From the NCBI GenBank assembly GCA_041639695.1, contig JBEQBQ010000003.1:1-12494 (forward strand): 12,494 nucleotides of DNA. Direction: 5' to 3'. Below the pieces are notes generated by a model, which did not search any database, had not been told where the DNA came from, and was given only the letters and a program-made list of their open reading frames with translations. The position numbers were made by a program, and so were the translations under genes. Shown here piece after piece: positions 7,463 through 12,494 of the stretch; position 1 is the stretch's first letter; the number at the start of each line of letters is the position of its first letter. This stretch comes from Candidatus Nanohaloarchaea archaeon (GTDB lineage Archaea > Nanohalarchaeota > Nanosalinia > Nanosalinales > Nanosalinaceae).

Positions 7463-7921
7463 TTAGGAGTTAAGAAGCTGCTCAGTTGTATTAAGAGCCT
7501 CCTGCTTCGCCCTTAGTTCATGATTGTCACTTGAAACAGTATCCTCCGAGCTTTCCTCGGATAAATTGGCCTCATCCTCAAGAAACTTGGCTGCTGAAAA
7601 ATCAAGATCTTCGTTTTTAGACTTGTACTCTTCAAGGTCGATGGATCCGGAGAGGAATTTCTCTTCGATAAAACGTTGCTCCTTGTCAGTTTCTTCAGAG
7701 AGGTACTGTTTCAGCTTCTTGACCTGTGCTTCGTTTAGTTCCAGGCTATCTCCTGATCTTTTAAGGATTCCTACTGTCTCCAAGCTATCTACCGCTTTCC
7801 TGAGTCTATCCTCATCTATACCTAGCTCACATGAAATATCCTGAACTTTCTTCGGGTTGTCCGCAACTGACTCGACTACGGTTCCAGCAACAGGATCAAT
7901 AAGAAGCTCTACGTCCCTCAT
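7463..7921 (-). CDS. Winged helix-turn-helix (ArsR/TrmB-like) protein with a SHOCT-like segment; start revised to ATG 7921 (152 aa)
   Basis: MRDVELLIDPVAGTVVESVADNPKKVQDISCELGIDEDRLRKAVDSLETVGILKRSG fits a wHTH pattern; IEEKFLSGSIDLEEYKSK is SHOCT-like. The tracked 8143 start overlaps the prepilin peptidase antisense, whereas ATG 7921 has TTTAAG at 7949-7954 upstream. Confidence 0.7.
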   Translation of the reverse strand: MRDVELLIDPVAGTVVESVADNPKKVQDISCELGIDEDRLRKAVDSLETVGILKRSGDSLELNEAQVKKLKQYLSEETDKEQRFIEEKFLSGSIDLEEYKSKNEDLDFSAAKFLEDEANLSEESSEDTVSSDNHELRAKQEALNTTEQLLNS

Positions 7922-7961
7922 ACTGTACAGTTTATAACTCCGGCTGAACTTAAAGACTACT
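7922..7961. promoter_or_regulatory. 40-bp overlapping divergent promoter region with a 10-bp palindrome
   Basis: TTTATAA (7931-7937, + strand, 25-31 nt before ATG 7962); TTTAAG (minus strand, 7949-7954, 28-33 nt before ATG 7921); perfect palindrome ACTGTACAGT at 7922-7931. Confidence 0.55.
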
Positions 7962-8843
7962 ATGTTGATCGCGGCCTCCCATGCAGTAGCTTTTATTGTT
8001 CTCTCAGTTGCCGCTGTATTCGACCTTAAAACCACGGAAGTGCCTGACACAGTCTCGATAATAGGTGTTGTGGCTGGTCTAGGCCTACATTTACTTGCTT
8101 CGATACCACAGATGAACTTCTCCACTATAACCAGTGCTGGCATCCTTCTCTCGGATCCTTTTATCTGGATACAGGCATTTGGAGACCCACTTATCTGGTC
8201 TCTAGGAGCTGGGGCTGTATTCTCGCTCTATGGCTGGGGGCTTTACTTCCTCAAGATGTGGGGTGGAGCGGACGCCTTCGCTATGAGCGTTCTAGGCTTT
8301 GCAGCACCCTACGCAATCTCAGGCACAGGAATATCTTTCGGACTCAGTATATTCCTAAACATACTGTTCCTTGGAATGATCTATAGTCTGGGCTATGCAG
8401 TTTACAAGTCAAGAGGCACAAATGCCTTATCTAAGACCTGGAAAATGGTCAGACAGCAGGAAAAAAGAATATCGCTTGAAATAATGTTTGCGGGCGCTCT
8501 TTCCGCTATGATGTCAATTTCAGGCTTCTACGTAAGCCTGCTATACTTCACTATCCTACTCTCTCTGATATTTCTCTACAGATATCTAAAAGTTATACAG
8601 GATGATCTGATGACTAAAGAACTGCAGGTTTCAGATTTAGAACCCGGAGATGTACTCGATGACAGCGAAGAACAGGGAGGAAAAGTAAAAGGCATCACGG
8701 AGGAAGAAATTAAGTCTATAGATAAAGAAAAGGTCAAGATAAAGACGGGAATACGTTTCATCCCGGTTTTCCCCGTTGCACTATTGTTAACGGAGTTAGG
8801 TGTAGGCGGACTATCTATAATAGCCTTTATACTTAGCTTATGA
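7962..8843 (+). CDS. Type IV prepilin/prearchaellin peptidase (A24 family; PibD/FlaK/EppA-like)
   Basis: Polytopic membrane protein with first catalytic Asp in AVFDLKTTEVPD, GxGD-type motif MWGGADA, a soluble insert (LEPGDVL..GITEEEI) and the C-terminal IRFIPVFPVALLL typical of archaeal A24 peptidases. Confidence 0.9.
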   Translation: MLIAASHAVAFIVLSVAAVFDLKTTEVPDTVSIIGVVAGLGLHLLASIPQMNFSTITSAGILLSDPFIWIQAFGDPLIWSLGAGAVFSLYGWGLYFLKMWGGADAFAMSVLGFAAPYAISGTGISFGLSIFLNILFLGMIYSLGYAVYKSRGTNALSKTWKMVRQQEKRISLEIMFAGALSAMMSISGFYVSLLYFTILLSLIFLYRYLKVIQDDLMTKELQVSDLEPGDVLDDSEEQGGKVKGITEEEIKSIDKEKVKIKTGIRFIPVFPVALLLTELGVGGLSIIAFILSL

Positions 8844-10140
8844 TTGTAACATCGCTTTGACTGGTCTTTGAACCTGACTCAATCTTCATTTCTAGATCAT
8901 GTATCTTTTCCTGGTTTCTCAGAACGTGTTCGGCAAGGTTATCTATCTTTTCTTCTAGGGTCTCTGATTGATTTTTGGGGGTTCTATTCTCCTCAAGCCT
9001 TTTTTCAAGTCTTTCCAGTCTCTTCATCATCGCTTCGGCCTCCTCCGATTCGAGCTCTGATTCCTTCTCGATTAATTCAGATCGTTCTGCCTCGAGTTCT
9101 GAAATCTTCTCTTCAAGTTTCTCGATGTACTCCTGGTTCTCTGAAATCACCTGTGTTAGACTATCAAGCTTGGAGCCAAGTTCCTCCTCATCTTCAAATC
9201 CTTCAAGAACTTTCTCCTGTAGCAGTTGTTCCATGCTTTCAATTCGTTCCTTGCCGTTCCTTTCGGCCCTGTCAAGCTCCGATTCAATTCTTCGAAGTTT
9301 ATCATCCATTTCCTGCCTTAACACTTCAGTCCTGTCATTAAGGTCTTTCTCTGTAACACCTTGATTATCAAGCCTTTTCTCGAGTCTCTTCACTTTCTTC
9401 CTGAGTTCTGTTACGTTAGCTTCATCTATCTTGGAGCCTGCACCATGCTTTTCTACCTCTTCAAGTCTGGATTTTATCGATTTAAGATCGAACTCTATGG
9501 CCGACAAATCTGCTCCAGAAGAACTTTCCGGTTCAGAAGCGGTCTGGCGCTCCTCGACATATACAAATTCGTCACTGTTGACGTTTTCTTTAATCTGCTC
9601 TAACTCGTCAAGCTTCTGCTCCATTTTTTTAAGCTTCTGTTTATCTACGGAACCTGCACTTCCGGATTCAATATCTGTCTTCAGCTTCTTTATCTGTTCA
9701 TAGTTTGCTCTAACTGCCTTCCTGTATTTTTCAGGCATCGAAGAATCAGATTCAACGTTTTCAACCTTTTTCTCTATTTCTTCAAGCCTTTCCTCGAATT
9801 CTTCACCGATTTCCGGGGCTTCAAACTCTTTTTCCCGGATATCTTTTATCTGTTCGTAAAGATACTCCAGTTTCTCGTGAACCTTTCCTTCTTGGTACTC
9901 TTCTTTAATCTGCTCTACCATGTTGAGGCGTTTTTCAAGCTCTTCCTTGTCCATATGGTTGAGCATGTCCTCTATCTCGTTTACTTCGTCCTCTATAGAA
10001 AGAGATTCAAGTTGGGCCATCATGTCCCGGTCTTCAATATCGCTTACACGTTCCTCAAGCTCTTCAATAGAAGTTTCAATACCTTTGAGCTCGTTCTCGA
10101 GCTTTTCCCTGCTCACGTCTTCCGAGACTCCATCCGCCAT
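8833..10140 (-). CDS. Acidic long coiled-coil protein of unknown function
   Basis: 435-aa ORF rich in E/K/L with heptad-like patterns, interrupted by S/G linkers; no TM, signal peptide or Walker motif; TATA-like TTTTTATT at 10163-10170. Confidence 0.8.
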   Translation of the reverse strand: MADGVSEDVSREKLENELKGIETSIEELEERVSDIEDRDMMAQLESLSIEDEVNEIEDMLNHMDKEELEKRLNMVEQIKEEYQEGKVHEKLEYLYEQIKDIREKEFEAPEIGEEFEERLEEIEKKVENVESDSSMPEKYRKAVRANYEQIKKLKTDIESGSAGSVDKQKLKKMEQKLDELEQIKENVNSDEFVYVEERQTASEPESSSGADLSAIEFDLKSIKSRLEEVEKHGAGSKIDEANVTELRKKVKRLEKRLDNQGVTEKDLNDRTEVLRQEMDDKLRRIESELDRAERNGKERIESMEQLLQEKVLEGFEDEEELGSKLDSLTQVISENQEYIEKLEEKISELEAERSELIEKESELESEEAEAMMKRLERLEKRLEENRTPKNQSETLEEKIDNLAEHVLRNQEKIHDLEMKIESGSKTSQSDVTIIS

Positions 10141-10162
10141 ATCCCCAATTTAACGAGACGTG

Positions 10163-10170
10163 AATAAAAA
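10163..10170 (-). promoter_or_regulatory. Putative TATA box (TTTTTATT) for the coiled-coil gene
   Basis: 23-30 nt upstream of ATG 10140. Confidence 0.5.
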
Positions 10171-10184
10171 GCTGTTAGTTTGAG

Positions 10185-10197
10185 ATAAAGAAAAAAT
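10185..10197 (-). terminator. Possible oligo-U terminator of the pilin gene
   Basis: Minus strand reads ATTTTTTCTTTAT about 25-35 nt after the pilin stop codon; archaeal terminators are typically U-rich tracts. Confidence 0.4.
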
Positions 10198-10220
10198 AGT
10201 GGGAAAATATGCTATTTGCC

Positions 10221-10661
10221 CTAGTTACTGTAGGACTCGTTTGTCCAGGTTGCTCCTCCAGCACCTTCACATTCGATCGGCGTAGCCGAAATCTCTGTGA
10301 GAGTACCTTCGTAGACATCTCCAGAAGCGTTGTTGTACGCTACCTGAATGTCTGTAGGTCCGTTAGATAGCTGGACGTAATCCTGTGCGGGCGATTGACC
10401 GTCGAACTGCCACGTCACTGAGACGTTGCCGACAGCTTCCTGTCCCTTATCCTGCTGTACTGTTACAGCGGATTCGTTGTAGTCGGACAGAGAAAGGCTG
10501 ACTGTCGAACATCCTGGGATTTCTCCAGCTCTGTCGCTAGTATCTCCCTGTACGTTCTTCATCAGCTCTGGTGCCCACTGGGCAAATAGAGATGCTACAG
10601 CCATCGTGAATGCAATTAGCAGGACTGCAGCGATCAAAGGTGAAATACCTTTTCTTCTCAT
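10221..10661 (-). CDS. Archaeal type IV pilin (class III signal peptide)
   Basis: MRRKG|ISPLIAAVLLIAFTMAVASLF: basic residues, KG cleavage site, then the S-P-hydrophobic helix of archaeal pilins/archaellins. Two Cys (PGCS, IECE) and sequons NES, NVS, NAS, NES. Confidence 0.92.
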   Translation of the reverse strand: MRRKGISPLIAAVLLIAFTMAVASLFAQWAPELMKNVQGDTSDRAGEIPGCSTVSLSLSDYNESAVTVQQDKGQEAVGNVSVTWQFDGQSPAQDYVQLSNGPTDIQVAYNNASGDVYEGTLTEISATPIECEGAGGATWTNESYSN

Positions 10662-10683
10662 AGAACCGTCTTATAAACACTTG

Positions 10684-10691
10684 TATTTAAA
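10684..10691 (-). promoter_or_regulatory. Putative TATA box (TTTAAATA) for the pilin gene
   Basis: 23-30 nt upstream of ATG 10661. Confidence 0.6.
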
Positions 10692-10704
10692 GCTTCCCAA
10701 GCTC

Positions 10705-11229
10705 TTAACGCCTTTCTCTCAACCATAGACCCCATAGAACAAGTACTACGAAGGTCAAACCCCACCTCCAGAAAATAGAGTGGATGATCTCGAAAGAGAT
10801 TATACCGGAGTAGCTGAGGTAAACTGTGGTTACAATTCTCAAAATATTAGCTAACTGTATCAACACAATCCCTGAGATCAAATACTTCCAGTTCCTGTGT
10901 CCTTCTGATGCAAACATGAGGCCTGAAAAAGCAGCCACTGACTTCCAGCCTGTACAGTCTCTCGTTATCAAATAGTCTACGCTCTCTCCCACAAGCAAAT
11001 ATCCTTGAACTGCGAAATCTATTCCTAGAAAACCTAACAAGCTGGATGTGATTCGGGCCAATAGCTCTTGAAACGGTTCAAGATCCAAGCCTAAAAACAA
11101 TATTAGCTGGAAGAAAAGACCGGCCAACAGGAGCTTTCCTATGAATCCCGAGGTCTCGAAAAGCTTTCTCTGTCTCTCGTTCTCGGGTTCAAATATCTCT
11201 TCCTTCAGAGAAATGATCTTTTGCAACAT
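10705..11229 (-). CDS. Archaeosortase/exosortase family membrane cysteine protease
   Basis: Multi-TM protein with YLITRDCTGWKS (catalytic Cys), ANILRIV (Arg) and FEIIHSIFW (His), in the order typical of the exosortase/archaeosortase family. Confidence 0.85.
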   Translation of the reverse strand: MLQKIISLKEEIFEPENERQRKLFETSGFIGKLLLAGLFFQLILFLGLDLEPFQELLARITSSLLGFLGIDFAVQGYLLVGESVDYLITRDCTGWKSVAAFSGLMFASEGHRNWKYLISGIVLIQLANILRIVTTVYLSYSGIISFEIIHSIFWRWGLTFVVLVLWGLWLRERR

Positions 11230-11626
11230 CCCACTTTCTAACCCCTTTTTCTCTGGAACGCTTGTTAATCTTCCGGAACTGCTTACTCAAAGACTTGTAT
11301 GCATGTAGTGCAGACGCATGAGCATCTTTCTCGTGTGAGTTATCGCCGATACCCAGCTCTTCCTTCCGTTGTACCGGAAGGTCTTCTTCTGGCTCGAAAC
11401 GTGTTGCGCCTAATGAGGAAGCGATCTTCTCAACGTTTGAAGGCATTTCCTCTTTATCACAGCTCACAATAACAGGATGGCCTTCCTCTATAATCCTTTC
11501 AATTATCTCCGGTCTAGAGAACTCCTTTCGGCTTTCAAGAAAAACAAGCTCGCCCTCAAGATCAAGCGCTGCAACAGCCGAAGTATTACCGGGATCTATC
11601 CCCACAACTAAAGGTTTTTTACTCAT
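11189..11626 (-). CDS. DUF460-domain protein (RNase H-like fold); start revised to ATG 11626 (145 aa)
   Basis: VVGIDPGNTSAVAALDLEG, GHPVIVSCD, VEKIASSLGA..FEPEEDL..RK, NSHEKDAHASALHAY match the archaeal DUF460/COG2433 N-terminal domain. ATG 11626 overlaps the hef stop codon (ATGAGTAA). Confidence 0.85.
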   Translation of the reverse strand: MSKKPLVVGIDPGNTSAVAALDLEGELVFLESRKEFSRPEIIERIIEEGHPVIVSCDKEEMPSNVEKIASSLGATRFEPEEDLPVQRKEELGIGDNSHEKDAHASALHAYKSLSKQFRKINKRSREKGVRKWDVAKDHFSEGRDI

Positions 11627-12494
11627 ACTCTTTCTCCACGAGTTCTCGGATTGATGAAGCTTTTTTGTCCCCAATACCTTCTATCTGTTTAAGTTTATCT
11701 TCCGAAGCAGAAAAAATCTCTTCAATTGAGCTGAACTCTTCAAGAAGCCTCTTCGCAAGCTTCGTGTTCACCGAAGGAAGCCCAGCAACAACAAACTCCT
11801 GGAGCTGCCTCTCTGTAGTACCTGATTTAGATCCTCTAACCGCTACATCCCTGTCCTGCTCTTCCTGCTCTCGTTTGGCCATGGCTTTCAACATTTCAGA
11901 TGTTTCCTCTCTGTCATCGGCCCAGAGAACAGGTATTCCATGATCCACAGCTATTGAAGCCAATGCCCCTCTGATAGCGTTGGGATGGATTTTCCTGTGG
12001 GAGTAAAGCTCCTCGCCCTCGATAAGAAGTACAGGTTTTTCGAACTGCTGGAGCTCTGGTAGCTGCGAGAAAAGCCTCTGATCGACAAGCGAATCAACAA
12101 AGTCCTCGGTCTGTTTCCTTTCAACAGCGGTTCTATCCGAAACTAGGAAGTCCGCTACATCCAGGCGTTCCTGGCTTACCTCGATATCAAGCTTTGCCAG
12201 TTTCTTCAGTATCTTGTTCTCTCTATCATCTGCAACAATCTCTATTTTATCCTCATCTTCCTCTTCTTCCTGTTTCTCTGCTTCAAAGCTGTCCAAGGTC
12301 TTGTGATCTTCTGTCTCCAGTTCTTCATCCTTCAGCTCCTGTAGAACGCTGTTCATGTTGTTCTTCTTGTGGTGGGCGCTCCAGTAATGGCCTTCATCCC
12401 TTGTATTTTCTGCCATTAAAACGTAGACTTTTCCGGATTCCTGTCTACCTGTTCTTCCGGAACGCTGAATATCTCTTATACCTGAAGCAACAGG
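11619..12494 (-). CDS. hef: Hef (FANCM/XPF-like) helicase-nuclease, 5'-truncated: end of SF2 helicase, ERCC4 nuclease and HhH2 domains
   Basis: The frame stays open from 12494 (PVASGIRDIQRSGRTGRQESGKVYVLMAENTRDE), containing helicase motif VI QRxGRTGR. Then IVADDRE, ADFLVSDRTAVERKQTEDF (ERCC4 ERK motif), and tandem HhH (GLPSVNTKLA, IEGIGDKKA). Confidence 0.95.
   Translation of the reverse strand, partial: PVASGIRDIQRSGRTGRQESGKVYVLMAENTRDEGHYWSAHHKKNNMNSVLQELKDEELETEDHKTLDSFEAEKQEEEEDEDKIEIVADDRENKILKKLAKLDIEVSQERLDVADFLVSDRTAVERKQTEDFVDSLVDQRLFSQLPELQQFEKPVLLIEGEELYSHRKIHPNAIRGALASIAVDHGIPVLWADDREETSEMLKAMAKREQEEQDRDVAVRGSKSGTTERQLQEFVVAGLPSVNTKLAKRLLEEFSSIEEIFSASEDKLKQIEGIGDKKASSIRELVEKEYE

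Noticed and set aside
3578-7844. Plus-strand ORFs 3578..4015, 5881..6162, 6078..6287, 6538..6747, 7099..7413 and 7524..7844
   Set aside because: Antisense to minD, ppsA or the wHTH gene, with the Ser-rich composition expected from reverse-complemented acidic codons.
7922-8143. N-terminal 74 codons of the tracked 226-aa ORF (7463..8143)
   Set aside because: Mostly antisense to the prepilin peptidase and spans the divergent promoter; the wHTH begins at ATG 7921.
8833-10140. SMC/Rad50 or chemoreceptor assignment for the coiled-coil protein
   Set aside because: No Walker A/B, signature motif, zinc hook, TM or MCP hairpin motif.
8868-10167. Several Ser/Phe/Leu-rich plus-strand ORFs
   Set aside because: Antisense shadows of the Glu/Lys-rich coiled-coil gene.
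10221-10661. Archaellin assignment
   Set aside because: Short, lacks the extended conserved archaellin N-terminus, and no arl genes are adjacent; pilin fits better.
11627-11674. N-terminal 16 codons of the tracked 161-aa DUF460 ORF
   Set aside because: Inside hef in another frame; ATG 11626 gives a typical stop/start overlap and starts just before the GIDPG motif.
11619-12416. Stand-alone XPF/ERCC4 nuclease starting at Met 12416
   Set aside because: The frame is open to the window edge and includes helicase motif VI, so it is the 3' part of Hef.

Overview
Gene-dense archaeal chromosomal window with no tRNA, rRNA, CRISPR array or mobile element that I can see. The soluble proteins are very acidic, GC is moderate, neighbouring genes overlap, and TATA boxes sit about 23-33 nt upstream of start codons, implying leaderless mRNAs. 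Together these suggest a halophilic DPANN archaeon, most likely Nanohaloarchaeota (inference). Gene order: 3' part of a membrane-anchored surface protein; a 946-aa single-pass surface protein ending in a cytoplasmic C2H2 zinc finger; a MinD/ParA ATPase; a small secreted protein; PEP synthase (ppsA) with an extra C-terminal winged-helix (DUF2582-like) domain; a wHTH+SHOCT-like regulator divergent from an A24 prepilin peptidase; a long acidic coiled-coil protein; a type IV pilin; an archaeosortase/exosortase; a short DUF460 (RNase H-fold) protein; and the 3' part of Hef helicase-nuclease. The best leads are the PpsA-wHTH fusion, the receptor-like surface protein with a zinc-finger tail, a 14-8-14 inverted repeat downstream of minD, and the pilin/prepilin peptidase/archaeosortase surface-processing cluster. 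All family assignments come from motif recognition by eye, not database searches.
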